Origin: Candidatus Rokuibacteriota bacterium
GTDB taxonomy: Bacteria; JAUVQV01; DATDCY01
Reading direction: 5' to 3'
Assembly: GCA_031406795.1 (NCBI GenBank)
Contig: JANOHV010000007.1
Location: forward strand, 1 to 48,573
DNA length: 48,573 bases
Positions 35,861 through 46,147 of the stretch are shown in pieces (the first letter of the stretch is position 1; each line of letters opens with the position of its first letter). Below the pieces are notes generated by a model, which saw only the letters and a program-made list of their open reading frames with translations, was not told the DNA's origin and made no database searches. The position numbers and the translations under genes were made by a program.

Positions 35861-36634
35861 ATGAGCGCCAGGACCCGGGACACGCTCGCCGTCTGCATCG
35901 TCACCCGTGACGAGGAGGATCGGATCGGCGACAGCCTGGCCTCGGTGGCCTGGGCCGACGAGGTTCTCGTCGTCGACTCGGGAAGCACGGACCGGACGGT
36001 TGAGATCGCCCGCGAGCGGGGGGCGCGCGTCATCGTGCGCGACTGGCCCGGGTACGCCGCGCAGAAAAACTTCGCGCAGCAGCAGGTCGCGGCCGACTGG
36101 GTGCTGAGCATCGATGCCGACGAGCGGGTCACCCCGGAGCTGGCGCGGGAGCTCGGCGAGCTGCTCGCGGCCGCGCCCGCGGAGCTGGCCGGCGCCAGCG
36201 TGCCGCGACGCACCTGGTACCTCGGGCGGTGGATCCGCCATGGCGGCTGGTACCCCGACCGCAAAGTCCGCCTGGTGCGCCGGGGGCGGGGAGGCTGGGA
36301 AGGGGAGAGCATCCACGAGCGGCTCTTTGCCGAGGGGGCGGTCCGGGCGCTCTGCGGCGATCTGCTGCACTACACCTACCGCGACATTGCTGACCACCTC
36401 AAGACCATCGACCGCTACACGACGGTTGCGGCACGGGGGATGGCGGCGCGCGGCGCGCGGGGGGCGGCTCTGGGCCTGCTCGTGAACCCGCCGCTGAAAT
36501 TCCTGAAGATGTATCTGCTCAAGGCGGGGTTTCTCGATGGGCCGCCCGGGTTCGTGGTCGCGGTACTGGGGAGCTACTATGTTTTTCTGAAATATGCCAA
36601 GCTCTGGGAATTGCAGCGCGTGAGGAGGCGTTGA
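35861..36634 (+). CDS. Glycosyltransferase family 2 (KdtX/WaaE-like)
   Basis: VVDSGSTDRT, QKNFA, IDADE, WYPD, GFLDG. Confidence 0.9.
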   Translation: MSARTRDTLAVCIVTRDEEDRIGDSLASVAWADEVLVVDSGSTDRTVEIARERGARVIVRDWPGYAAQKNFAQQQVAADWVLSIDADERVTPELARELGELLAAAPAELAGASVPRRTWYLGRWIRHGGWYPDRKVRLVRRGRGGWEGESIHERLFAEGAVRALCGDLLHYTYRDIADHLKTIDRYTTVAARGMAARGARGAALGLLVNPPLKFLKMYLLKAGFLDGPPGFVVAVLGSYYVFLKYAKLWELQRVRRR

Positions 36635-36638
36635 GGCG

Positions 36639-37766
36639 ATGGGAACGGATAACCTGATCTTCCTGGAAATCCTCGAGTGGTTCGACCCGACCGGCCGCGA
36701 ACTCGTGCACCGTATCCCCGAAGGCGGCTCGGGCGAGATCAAGCTTGGCGCGCAGCTGACGGTGCGAGAGAGCCAGGCGGCCGTGATGTTCTACCAGGGC
36801 CGGGCCTACGACGCCTTCGGCCCGGGGCGGCACACGCTGGTCACCGGCAATATCCCGATCCTCACCAGGCTGCTCTCGGCGCCCTGGGGCATGAAGAGCC
36901 CGCTGCGCGCCGAAGTCTATTTCGTCAGCCTCAAGGACTTCGCGAATCTGACCTGGGGGACGCGCGACCCGGTGGCCTTCAAAGACTCGAAGCTCGGCCT
37001 GATCCGACTGCGGGCGCACGGCGTGTTCAACGTGAAGGTGGTGCAGCCGGTGCTGCTGATCAACAGCCTGGTCGGCACCCAGGGCGTCTTCACGACCGAG
37101 CAGATCGAGGAGTACCTGGCGCGCGTCATCGTCTCGCGCTTCAATGACCACCTCGGCGAGCACCTGGACTCGGTGATCGATCTGCCCGGCACCTACGAGG
37201 AGCTCTCGGCCGGCCTCGCAAAGCGGCTGGCCGAGGACTTCGCGCGCTACGGGCTGGCGCTGACGCAGCTGGTCATCGTCTCGGTGACGCCGCCCGCGGA
37301 GGTTCAGAAGGCGATCGACGACAAGAGCCGGCTCGGCGTGTTCGACGATCTGAACAAGCTGCTGCAGATGAAGGCGGCGATGGCAGTGGAGAAGGTCGCC
37401 GAGCAGCAGGGGGCGGCCGGCGCCGGCGCCGGGATGGGAATCGGCCTGATGATGCCCGCGATGTTCGCGAGCGCTCTCGCCGGGGGCGCCGCCGCCGCGG
37501 GCGCGAGTGCACCGGCAGCGCCCTGTCCGAAGTGCGGTCACCCGGCCGCGGCGGACGCGCGTTTTTGCGCCAGCTGCGGCGGCCAGCTCGTGGTCTTCCA
37601 GAAATGCGTGCGGTGCTCCGAAGACATCGCCCCGGGGGCCCGCTTCTGCGCGCGCTGCGGCACGCCGGCGGGCGCGAAGCCTCAGGAGCGAAGTTGCGCG
37701 AAGTGCGGTTTGTCGAACCTGCCCGAATCGGTCTTCTGCAACCAGTGCGGCGAGAAGCTTGTCTGA
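36639..37766 (+). CDS. SPFH-domain protein with C-terminal zinc ribbons
   Basis: GAQLTVRESQAAV, PGRHTL.T.N.P, AEVYFV, WGT..P; six CxxC motifs. Confidence 0.88.
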   Translation: MGTDNLIFLEILEWFDPTGRELVHRIPEGGSGEIKLGAQLTVRESQAAVMFYQGRAYDAFGPGRHTLVTGNIPILTRLLSAPWGMKSPLRAEVYFVSLKDFANLTWGTRDPVAFKDSKLGLIRLRAHGVFNVKVVQPVLLINSLVGTQGVFTTEQIEEYLARVIVSRFNDHLGEHLDSVIDLPGTYEELSAGLAKRLAEDFARYGLALTQLVIVSVTPPAEVQKAIDDKSRLGVFDDLNKLLQMKAAMAVEKVAEQQGAAGAGAGMGIGLMMPAMFASALAGGAAAAGASAPAAPCPKCGHPAAADARFCASCGGQLVVFQKCVRCSEDIAPGARFCARCGTPAGAKPQERSCAKCGLSNLPESVFCNQCGEKLV

Positions 37767-39009
37767 CGGCAGGGCCCTGCCGGTCGAGCACGAGTGCCCG
37801 CAGTGCGGCGGCGCGGTGCACCTCGGCGAGGCCGATCGGCTGCTGGCCTGCCCGTACTGCCGGGCGCGCCTGGCCCTCTGGCCGGGGGAGTTCTTCCGCT
37901 ACTGGATTCCCCCGGCGGCCGCGGCCGGCGATGAGCTGCTGCTCGCGCCGTACTGGCGGATCCGCGGCCTGGACTGCGCGCTGCGGCCGTACCAGGTGCG
38001 CGAGCGAGTGCTTGACGCCACGTTTCCGGCGACTTCGGCGGCATGTCTGCCGCAGACTCTCGGCCTGCGGCCGCAGACGATGAAGCTGCGCTTCGCCACC
38101 GCGAAGACGCCGGCCTTCTTCCTCGCGCCGGACCGTCCGCTCGGCGAGGCGCTCGCCGGCACCGCGGTGCTCTCGCGTCTCGCGGACGAGGCGATCGAGG
38201 GCGCGCCGCCGCTGCACCGCGAGTTCATCGTCGAGACGGCGAGCCTCGTCTACGCGCCGCTCACGGTGCGCGACGGGAGCGTTCTCGACGCGCTGCTGAT
38301 GCGGGAGATCGCCGGGTGCGCCGGGCAGGCCGACGCGCTGCTGGAGCGGGTGGAGCGCAGCAGGCGCTGGGGGCTGAACTTTTTCGCGGCGCTCTGCCCC
38401 GAGTGCGGCCGGGACCTGGACGGCGGGCCGCGCAGCGTCGTGCTTTTCTGCCGGAGCTGCCGCGCCGGCTGGCAGGGCGCGAGCGGGGGACTGCAGCGCG
38501 TGTCCTGCGAGGCGCTCGTTGGGTCGCCGGGTTCCGCCCTGCTGCCCTTCTGGCGCTTGCGGGCCGCACTCAGCGAATTCTCGCTGGAGACCGGCGACGA
38601 CCTGATCCGTTTCGCGAACCTCTCCGCCGGGGTGCGCAAGGGGGCCGGCGCCGACCCGCTCTGGTTCTGGGTGCCGGCGTTCGCGCTTGCGCCGGGGACG
38701 TTCCTGCGCGTGGCCCGCCAGCTCACGCTCGCCCAGCTCCCGCTCGATGCGGATGTTCCGGAGGGCGCGGAATGGGAACCGGTGCAGTCGGCGACGATCG
38801 AAGCCGCGCGGGCGTTCGGGGCGGTCAAAGTCCTGCTCGCCCAGCTCGGGCAGCCGCGCCGGGAAGTCTTCGCGCGGATCCCGGCGCTGGCGGCGACGCT
38901 TCTCGACGCGCGTCTCGCGCTGCTGCCGTTTTCCGGATCCGGCGGCGACTGGATCCAGCCGCAGACCGGCGTCGCGATTTCGCGCAACTCCCTGCGGCCG
39001 GGGCGATGA
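37759..39009 (+). CDS. Zinc-ribbon hypothetical protein
   Basis: CPQCGG/CPYC and CPECG/CRSC; overlaps both neighbours; TTG start inferred. Confidence 0.7.
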   Translation: MSDGRALPVEHECPQCGGAVHLGEADRLLACPYCRARLALWPGEFFRYWIPPAAAAGDELLLAPYWRIRGLDCALRPYQVRERVLDATFPATSAACLPQTLGLRPQTMKLRFATAKTPAFFLAPDRPLGEALAGTAVLSRLADEAIEGAPPLHREFIVETASLVYAPLTVRDGSVLDALLMREIAGCAGQADALLERVERSRRWGLNFFAALCPECGRDLDGGPRSVVLFCRSCRAGWQGASGGLQRVSCEALVGSPGSALLPFWRLRAALSEFSLETGDDLIRFANLSAGVRKGAGADPLWFWVPAFALAPGTFLRVARQLTLAQLPLDADVPEGAEWEPVQSATIEAARAFGAVKVLLAQLGQPRREVFARIPALAATLLDARLALLPFSGSGGDWIQPQTGVAISRNSLRPGR

Positions 39010-40886
39010 CGCAGACTCCCCCGCCCGGTGCCGCGCTCGCGGCGCTGCAGAAACACTGGGGCTTTCCGGCCTTCCGGCCGCTGCAGCGCGAGGCGGTCGA
39101 GGCGGCGATCACCGGGAGAGACGCGCTGCTGGTGCTACCCACCGGCGGCGGCAAGAGTCTCTGTTACCAGCTGCCGGCGGTCTGCGGCCGGGCGCTCGTG
39201 CTGGTCGTCTCGCCGCTGATCGCCCTGATGGACGACCAGGTGGCCGGCGCCCGGGAGGCCGGCCTGCGCGCGGCCGCCCTGCACTCGAACCTGAGCGAGG
39301 AGCGCCGCCGCCGGGCCTTCGGCGAAGCGGCGCGCGGCGATCTGGAGATTCTCTACGTCTCGCCCGAGCGTCTCGCCGTCGGCGACCTGATCGACGTGCT
39401 CGCCCCGCGTCTTCGCCTGATCGCCGTCGATGAGGCGCACTGCGTCTCGCACTGGGGTCACGACTTCCGGCCCGAATACCGCCAGCTCGCCCCGCTCTTC
39501 GACCGGGTGCCGGCTGCTGCGCGCATGGCGCTCACGGCCACCGCCACGCCGCAGGTCCAGGACGACATCTGCGCCCAGCTCGGCCTGCGCGCGCCGCTGC
39601 GGCTGATCGGCCACCCGGACCGGTCGAACCTGATCTACCGCGCCCACCCGCGCGCGGAGGGCGCCCGCCAGATCCTCGACGTCGTGCGCCGCTACCCGGG
39701 ACAGGGGGGGATCGTCTACGCGCTCACGCGCAAGGACACCGAGCGGATCGCCGAAGCGCTGCAGAAGGCCGGCGTCGATGCCCGAACGTACCACGCGGGC
39801 ATGGACGCGGCCGATCGCGCGAAAGTTCAGGACGACTTCGTGAACGAGCGGCTGCAGGTAGTCGCGGCGACGATCGCCTTCGGCATGGGGATCGACCGCT
39901 CGAACGTGCGCTTCGTCGTCCACGCGCACCTGCCGCGCTCGCTCGAACACTACCAGCAGGAGTCGGGGCGCGCCGGGCGCGACGGGCTGCCGGCCGAGTG
40001 CGTGCTGCTGACGAGCGCCGGGGATCTTTTCCGCCACAGGAGGATGGCGCAGCTCGACGGCCCGCTGACGCAGGAGCGGCGCGTCGCGCTCGACCGCCAA
40101 CTCGCGGGCATCGGCCGCTTCGCCGTGGCGCCGGTCTGCCGCCACCGCATCCTCGTCGAGCACTTCGGGTTTGAACTGGAGCACGGGCCGGCCGGGTGCA
40201 AAGCCTGCGACGTCTGCCTCGGCGAGACCTCCGAGCTGCCGGCAGAAGAGGCGCTGGTGACCGCCCGCAAGATCATCAGCGCGGCCTGGCGCTGCGGCAA
40301 TTCGTTCGGGGCGGCGCACGTGGCCGAGGTGCTGCGCGGCGGCGATTCCGAGAAGGTGCGACGGTTCGGCCACGAGAAGCTCTCGGTTTTCGGCCTGCTC
40401 GCCGGCGTCCCCGAGGGCGCGGTGCGCTCCTGGATCGACCAGCTGGTCATCCAGGGGTATCTGGAGATCCGCGACAAGGAGGGGTTCCCGCTGCTCGCGA
40501 TGACGGAGGCCGGTCGTACGCTCTGCCACGAGGAGGGCGCGGTGCGCCTCGGGCGCTTTGAGGAGCGGCCCCGAGCGAGCAAGGCGAAGACCTCCGGGAA
40601 GGCGACGCGAGCCGCGCACGAGGAGGCCCTCGGCGCCGAAGGCGCGGAACTGTTCGAGCGGCTGCGCGCGCTGCGACGGCTGATCGCCGAGCGGCTGCAC
40701 GTTCCGCCCTACGTGGTCTTTTCGGACGCGACCCTGCGCGACCTGATCTTGGTGCGCCCGCGCGACGCCGACCAGCTGCTGCTCGTCAAGGGCATCGGCG
40801 AGCACAAGCGCGAGCGCTTCGGTGCGCCGTTCCTTGCGCTGCTCGAGGGGGCGGAGCCGGAGGCGGCAGTGCAGCTCCTCGAGTAG
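39006..40886 (+). CDS. recQ: ATP-dependent DNA helicase RecQ
   Basis: PTGGGKS, DEAHCVSHWGHDFRPEY, QESGRAGRDG, Zn/RQC and HRDC domains. Confidence 0.95.
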   Translation: MTQTPPPGAALAALQKHWGFPAFRPLQREAVEAAITGRDALLVLPTGGGKSLCYQLPAVCGRALVLVVSPLIALMDDQVAGAREAGLRAAALHSNLSEERRRRAFGEAARGDLEILYVSPERLAVGDLIDVLAPRLRLIAVDEAHCVSHWGHDFRPEYRQLAPLFDRVPAAARMALTATATPQVQDDICAQLGLRAPLRLIGHPDRSNLIYRAHPRAEGARQILDVVRRYPGQGGIVYALTRKDTERIAEALQKAGVDARTYHAGMDAADRAKVQDDFVNERLQVVAATIAFGMGIDRSNVRFVVHAHLPRSLEHYQQESGRAGRDGLPAECVLLTSAGDLFRHRRMAQLDGPLTQERRVALDRQLAGIGRFAVAPVCRHRILVEHFGFELEHGPAGCKACDVCLGETSELPAEEALVTARKIISAAWRCGNSFGAAHVAEVLRGGDSEKVRRFGHEKLSVFGLLAGVPEGAVRSWIDQLVIQGYLEIRDKEGFPLLAMTEAGRTLCHEEGAVRLGRFEERPRASKAKTSGKATRAAHEEALGAEGAELFERLRALRRLIAERLHVPPYVVFSDATLRDLILVRPRDADQLLLVKGIGEHKRERFGAPFLALLEGAEPEAAVQLLE

Positions 40887-40944
40887 CCCGACGGGCGGCC
40901 TCAGGAGGGCAAGCGCGCCTCCCGGTCGAAGAGGACGGCCAGGC

Positions 40945-41538
40945 TCACGGGCGAACGTCTCCCGCAGCGGACTCCGGTTCCTGTTCGAGGGTTACTCTAT
41001 TGAGTTCGCGGTAGAGCGCTCCTGTCGGCTTGAGCTCGCTCGCCATCAAGCTGACCCCGGTGACTTCGAACCCCGGGCCCGCGGCGGCCTTGACCTCCTC
41101 GAGCCGCTTCAGCCAGACGTCGCGCCGGCGGACGCGCCTGATCCTGCCGAGCGTCAGGTGCGGCGTGAAGGGTCTGGCCTCGCGTACGAAGCCGATACCG
41201 GCCATCGCCTCCTCGACAGCAGCCTGAAGCGCGAGGAGCTTGTCGACGCCGCCGGTGAGGCCGAACCAGTCCACCCGGGCGGAGGCCGGCTGCGGGAAGG
41301 TCCCCACCCCTTCGACGCCGAGCCCGAAGCGTTTCCGGTCGCCCAGCGCGCGGGTCAGGGCCTGTGCGATCTCCGGCACGCGCTCTTCGCTCGTCTCGCC
41401 GAGGAACTTCAGCGTCAGATGGATGCCCTCGGGCCGGGTCCAGCTCGCGTCGACGGCGTCGCTCCTGATCTGGGCCTGGAGCTCCGCCATCGCTTTCTTC
41501 GTCGCTTCAGGAACTTCGACGGCGATGAAGGCACGCAT
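40945..41538 (-). CDS. thpR: RNA 2',3'-cyclic phosphodiesterase
   Basis: MRAFIA, two HLTL (2H) motifs. Confidence 0.92.
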   Translation of the reverse strand: MRAFIAVEVPEATKKAMAELQAQIRSDAVDASWTRPEGIHLTLKFLGETSEERVPEIAQALTRALGDRKRFGLGVEGVGTFPQPASARVDWFGLTGGVDKLLALQAAVEEAMAGIGFVREARPFTPHLTLGRIRRVRRRDVWLKRLEEVKAAAGPGFEVTGVSLMASELKPTGALYRELNRVTLEQEPESAAGDVRP

Positions 41539-41582
41539 CGAGAAACCGGGTCACCAGTCCGTGGCGCCAGCCCGCTGCGCGA

Positions 41583-42038
41583 TCACGCGGGCGCGACGTC
41601 GATCTTGATCTGCTTGGGCTTAACCTCTTCCTTCTTCGGGAGGAGCACCGTGAGAACACCGTCCTTGTAGGAGGCCTTGATCTGCTCCCGGTCCACGGTG
41701 CGCGGCAGCGTGAAGCTGCGGTTGAAGTTCCCGTAGGACCGCTCGATGCGGTGGTAATTCTCCTCTTTGACCTCCTTGGCCATGCGCCGCTCGCCGGAGA
41801 CGATCAGGATGTTGTCCTCGACCTTGATCTCGATGTCCTTCTCCTGCATCTCGGGCAGCTCGGCTTTCATGACGATCTCTTTGTCGGTCTCGTAGATGTC
41901 CACGGCCGGCGCCCAGGCCGCTACCGCGAAACCCTCGTCGGCGCGATTCGGCGAGCGCATCACATCCTCGAAGAGTTTGTTCATGCGCTCCTGCATGGTC
42001 GAGAGTTCGCGCAAGGGTGTCCACCTGACAATGGCCAT
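41583..42038 (-). CDS. Small heat-shock protein Hsp20
   Basis: WAPAVDIYET, ERSYGNFNRSFTLP, YKDGVL. Confidence 0.95.
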   Translation of the reverse strand: MAIVRWTPLRELSTMQERMNKLFEDVMRSPNRADEGFAVAAWAPAVDIYETDKEIVMKAELPEMQEKDIEIKVEDNILIVSGERRMAKEVKEENYHRIERSYGNFNRSFTLPRTVDREQIKASYKDGVLTVLLPKKEEVKPKQIKIDVAPA

Positions 42039-42071
42039 GGCAATGTCCTCCTTGGGGTTGTTAATGCGCAA

Positions 42072-42100
42072 AATATTGGTTGTCTGCAATAGAATGTCAA
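42072..42100 (-). promoter_or_regulatory. Putative promoter of hsp20
   Basis: TTGACA-17 nt-AATATT in an AT-rich island. Confidence 0.45.
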
Positions 42101-42151
42101 CCTCACAACGCCATCTGGGTGCTCGGCAATTAGCTGCCCGAATGACCCGGG

Positions 42152-44026
42152 CTAATCAAACTCCATGGTGAAGCTGTAGACGTCCTCTTCGAGGCGGCTG
42201 CTGACCTTGAGGCCGCTGTGGTTGAAGACGGCCTGCATCCGGCGGTTCTCGCGCAGCACCTCGGCGGTGAAGCCGGCGATGCCGGCGCGCTTGGCGAGAG
42301 TGACCAGATGGGCGAAGAGCGCGTGACCGATGCCGCGGCCCTGCCACTCGTCGCGCACCGTGAAGGCGACCTCGGCGCGGTTGGTCTTCTCGTCGAGGTA
42401 GTAGCGTCCGACGGCGATCATCTCCTCGCCGTGCGCCTCGGGCACGGTGCCGACGATCGCCACGTCGCGGCGGTGGTCGATGTAGACGTAGTTGAGGATC
42501 TCCTTGTGCGTGAAGCGCTGCACCCGCGTCATGAAGCGGTAGTAGATCGTGTCCTGCGAGAGCGCGTAGTGCAGCTCGCGCATGCTCGCTTCGTCCGTCG
42601 GGTGCACCGGCCGGAAGGTGACCTGGGTGCCGTCCTCGAGCACGAAAGCGGTGCGCATCTCCGGCGCGGCGACGACGAACTTGTCTTCGACCTGGGCCAG
42701 CTCCTGGCGCAGGTAGCGCGCCTCGATGGCCTCGTGGAAGAGTTGGGCGCGAAACTTCGGGTGCGCGATCGAGATCAGCGCGAGCGCCCGCTCCTGGATG
42801 CTTTTGCCGAACAGGTAGGCGACGCCGTACTCGGTGACGATGTAGTGCACCGCGCCGCGCGTCGTGACGACGCCCGCCCCGGGGGAGAGGCGGGTCACGA
42901 TGCGCGAAATCTCGCCGTTCTGGGCCGTCGAGGGCAGCGCGATGATCGGCTTGCCGCCGGGCGAGCGCGCCGCGCCGCGGTTGAAGTCGACCTGCCCGCC
43001 GATGCCGGAGTAGAAGCGCCCGCCGAGCGAGTCGGCGCAGACCTGGCCGGTGAGGTCGATCTCGAGCGCGGTGTTGATCGCGACCATCTTGTGCTGCTTG
43101 GCGATCACCCCGGGGTCGTTGACGTACTCGGTCGGCCGGAAGGAGAAGAGCGGGTTCTCGTTCACGTAATCGTAGAGGCGCTTCGAGCCCATGCAGAAGC
43201 TGGTCACGATCAGCCCGCGGTCGAGCCGCTTGCGCGCCCCGGTCACCGCGCCCGACTCGATCAGCTCGATGATGCTGTCGGTGAGCATCTCGGTGTGGAT
43301 ACCCAGGTTCTTCTTCTTCTTGAGAAATTCCACGACTGCGTGCGGGATGCGCCCGATGCCGAACTCGATGGTCGAGCCGTCCTCGACGAGGCCCGCGATG
43401 TGCTCGCCGATCTGACGCGTGGCCTCGGTGAGCTCCGGCGGCGGGATCTCGATCAGCGCCCGCTCCGCCGGAACGAGCACGTCGAGATCCGCGACATCCA
43501 GGAAGGAGTCGCCCATCGTGCGCGGCATGCATGGGTTGACCTGCGCGATGATCAGCGACCCGTTCGCGGCGGCGCTCTTGACGATGTCGACCGAGACGCC
43601 GAGGCTGACCTTGCCGTGGATGTCCGGCGGGGTGACCTGGATCAGCGCCGCGTCGAGCGGGATCTGCCCGGAGTCGAACAGGTGCGGGATGTCGATCAGC
43701 ATGATCGGCGTGTAGTCCCCGAGCCCCTCCTGGATGTGGCTGCGGATGTTCGCGCCGATGAAGAAGCTGTTGACCAGGAAGCGGTCGGTGAGCGTGCGGT
43801 CGGCGTACGGCGCGTCCCCCATGGTCAGCAGGTGGATGATCTCGACGTCCGCCAGTTCGTGGGCCCGCTTGACGAGCGCCTCGACGAGCACCGTCGGGGT
43901 GCCGCAGCCGGTGCCGACGAAGACGCGATTGCCGGCGCGCAGCCGGGCCACCGCCTCGGCCGGGGTGGCGATCATGTCGCGGTATTTCGCCTGCCACGCG
44001 GGGTCAAACGGGAAGGGGTGCTGCAT
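42152..44026 (-). CDS. Acetyl-CoA hydrolase/CoA-transferase fused to a C-terminal GNAT domain
   Basis: GIHTEM, SGIGGQVDF, VTEYG; then AEVAF.VRDEWQGRGIG...N.RM. Confidence 0.9.
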   Translation of the reverse strand: MQHPFPFDPAWQAKYRDMIATPAEAVARLRAGNRVFVGTGCGTPTVLVEALVKRAHELADVEIIHLLTMGDAPYADRTLTDRFLVNSFFIGANIRSHIQEGLGDYTPIMLIDIPHLFDSGQIPLDAALIQVTPPDIHGKVSLGVSVDIVKSAAANGSLIIAQVNPCMPRTMGDSFLDVADLDVLVPAERALIEIPPPELTEATRQIGEHIAGLVEDGSTIEFGIGRIPHAVVEFLKKKKNLGIHTEMLTDSIIELIESGAVTGARKRLDRGLIVTSFCMGSKRLYDYVNENPLFSFRPTEYVNDPGVIAKQHKMVAINTALEIDLTGQVCADSLGGRFYSGIGGQVDFNRGAARSPGGKPIIALPSTAQNGEISRIVTRLSPGAGVVTTRGAVHYIVTEYGVAYLFGKSIQERALALISIAHPKFRAQLFHEAIEARYLRQELAQVEDKFVVAAPEMRTAFVLEDGTQVTFRPVHPTDEASMRELHYALSQDTIYYRFMTRVQRFTHKEILNYVYIDHRRDVAIVGTVPEAHGEEMIAVGRYYLDEKTNRAEVAFTVRDEWQGRGIGHALFAHLVTLAKRAGIAGFTAEVLRENRRMQAVFNHSGLKVSSRLEEDVYSFTMEFD

Positions 44027-44027
44027 C

Positions 44028-46145
44028 TCAGGCCCCCTGTTCGCGGGGCGCGGGCGCGCGCAGCATGATCCGCGCGTCGGCGGCGATCGGCTCGGTGCCC
44101 GCCTCGCCCACCATCAGCGGGTTGATGTCGAGCTCGGCGATCTCGGGAAAATCGGTCGCGAGCTGGCTGATGCGCTGCAGGCCCGTGGCAATAGCGGCGA
44201 CGTCCACCCCGCGCTGTCCGCGCGCGCCCTGGAGCAACGCGTAGGAGCGAGTCGCGGTGAGCATCTGCATTGCCTCGTCCGCGGTGATGGGCGCCAGGTG
44301 AAAGGCCACGTCCTTCATGACTTCGACGAAGATCCCCCCGAGGCCGAACATCAGCATCGGTCCGAACTGCGCGTCGCGGGTCATCCCGAGGATGACCTCG
44401 AGCCCGCGGGGCACCATGCGCTCGACGTAATAGCCCTCGATGTGCGCCTCGGGGGCGTGCTCGCGGATCCGCAGGCTCATCAAATCGAAGGCGTCCTTGA
44501 CCTCCCGGCGCGTGGTGATCCCGACGCGCACGCCGCCGATATCCGACTTGTGGACGATGTCCGGGGAGACGACCTTCATCACCACGGGGTAGCCGATGTG
44601 TTCGGCGCCCTCGACGGCCTCGTCGGACGAGGTCGCGAGCACGCCCCCGGGGACGCGGAAGCCGTAGGCCGCGAGGATGCTCTTCGCCTTGACCTCGCCC
44701 AGCTGCAGCGGCCCGGTCCTGATCCGGCGCGAGATGATGCGTTCGACGCGCCGGCGGTTGACGCGAAAGCGCGTCACGATGCGCGGCGGTCGCCGGCGCC
44801 ACATGGCGTATTCGTGCATCGCGCGCAGCGCGCCGACCGCGCGCTCGGGCGAGGGGTACTCGGGCAGGCCGGCGGCGACCAACTCCTCGCGCCCGGGCAT
44901 CACCTCACGCCCGCCCATGAAGGCCGCAAGCACCGGTTTGTCGTGGCGCAGACAGCCGGCGATGGCGCGCGCCGTTTCGGCGGGGCGGGTCATCGCCTGC
45001 GGGGTGAGCAGGACGAGGATCGCGTCGACGCCGGGGTCGTCCTGGGCCGCTTCGAGCGCGGCCACGTAGCGGGCGGGGTCCGCGTCGCCGAGCACGTCCA
45101 CCGGGTTGCCGGTGCCCGCAGCCCGCGGCAGTTGCGAGCGCAGCGCGGCGGCGGTGTTGCTTCCGAGCGAGGCCACGTGCAGGCCGGCCCGTTCCGCGGC
45201 GTCCGCGGCCATCGTGCCGGGCCCGCCGGCGTTGGTGATGATCAGCAGCCGGTCCCCGCGCGGCAACGGCTGCATCGACAGGGCCGTGGCGAAGTCCAGG
45301 ATCTGCTCGAAGACGTCGGCGCGGATGATCCCCGAACGGCGGAAGGCCGCGCCGAAGGCGATCTCGGTGCCCGCGAGCACGCCGGTGTGGGAGGTGGCGG
45401 CCCGCTGGCCGGCCTGCGTCGTGCCGGACTTCATCAGGATCACCGGCTTTTTGGACGCGGCCTCCTCGGCGGCCTCCATGAAGGCGTCCCCGGTGGCGAT
45501 GCTCTCGAGGTAGCCGACGATGACCTTCGTCTGGGGGTCGTCCCCGAGCGCGGTCAGCAAATCGACCTCGGTGATGTCGGCCTTGTTGCCGATGCTCACC
45601 AGCTTGGCGAGGCCGAAGCCGCGGCCCGCGGCGTGGTCGAGGATCGCCGTGCACAGCGCCCCCGATTGCGAGAAGATCGAGATGTTCCCGGCGCGGGGCA
45701 TCGCGCCGGCGAAGGAGGCGTTCATCCGGTGGCCGGTGTTGATCAGGCCGAGACAGTTGGGGCCGAGCAGCCGCACACGCTGGGCGGCGCAGAGGCGGGC
45801 GATCTGCGCCTCCAGTTCGGCGCCCTCGCGGCCGGTCTCGCGAAAGCCCGCAGTGATGATGACGATCGCCTTGGCGCCGGACTGGATGCACTCATGGACG
45901 GCCTGCAGCACCGCAGCCGCGGGGACCGCGATGACGCCGAGCTCGATCGCCCCGCCCGCCGCCTCGAGCGTGGGGAAGCAGGGCAGATCGAGGATCGTGG
46001 TTGCGGTCGGGTTCACGGGCACGATCCGGCCGGCGAAACCGCCGGCGACCAGGTTGGCGAGGATGTCGTGCCCGACTTTCCCCGGGGTACGGGAAGCGCC
46101 GATGACGGCGATCGAGCCGGGTGTCAGAAGCGCGTCGAGGTTCAT
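44028..46145 (-). CDS. ADP-forming acetate-CoA ligase family protein (fused alpha/beta)
   Basis: AVIGAS, GPNCLG, SQSGA, SHTG, TNAGG, NPVD, HKSD.GGV, ELDINPL. Confidence 0.9.
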   Translation of the reverse strand: MNLDALLTPGSIAVIGASRTPGKVGHDILANLVAGGFAGRIVPVNPTATTILDLPCFPTLEAAGGAIELGVIAVPAAAVLQAVHECIQSGAKAIVIITAGFRETGREGAELEAQIARLCAAQRVRLLGPNCLGLINTGHRMNASFAGAMPRAGNISIFSQSGALCTAILDHAAGRGFGLAKLVSIGNKADITEVDLLTALGDDPQTKVIVGYLESIATGDAFMEAAEEAASKKPVILMKSGTTQAGQRAATSHTGVLAGTEIAFGAAFRRSGIIRADVFEQILDFATALSMQPLPRGDRLLIITNAGGPGTMAADAAERAGLHVASLGSNTAAALRSQLPRAAGTGNPVDVLGDADPARYVAALEAAQDDPGVDAILVLLTPQAMTRPAETARAIAGCLRHDKPVLAAFMGGREVMPGREELVAAGLPEYPSPERAVGALRAMHEYAMWRRRPPRIVTRFRVNRRRVERIISRRIRTGPLQLGEVKAKSILAAYGFRVPGGVLATSSDEAVEGAEHIGYPVVMKVVSPDIVHKSDIGGVRVGITTRREVKDAFDLMSLRIREHAPEAHIEGYYVERMVPRGLEVILGMTRDAQFGPMLMFGLGGIFVEVMKDVAFHLAPITADEAMQMLTATRSYALLQGARGQRGVDVAAIATGLQRISQLATDFPEIAELDINPLMVGEAGTEPIAADARIMLRAPAPREQGA

Positions 46146-46147
46146 CG

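Noticed and set aside
42039..42150. CIRCE element upstream of hsp20
   Set aside because: No TTAGCACTC-N9-GAGTGCTAA present.
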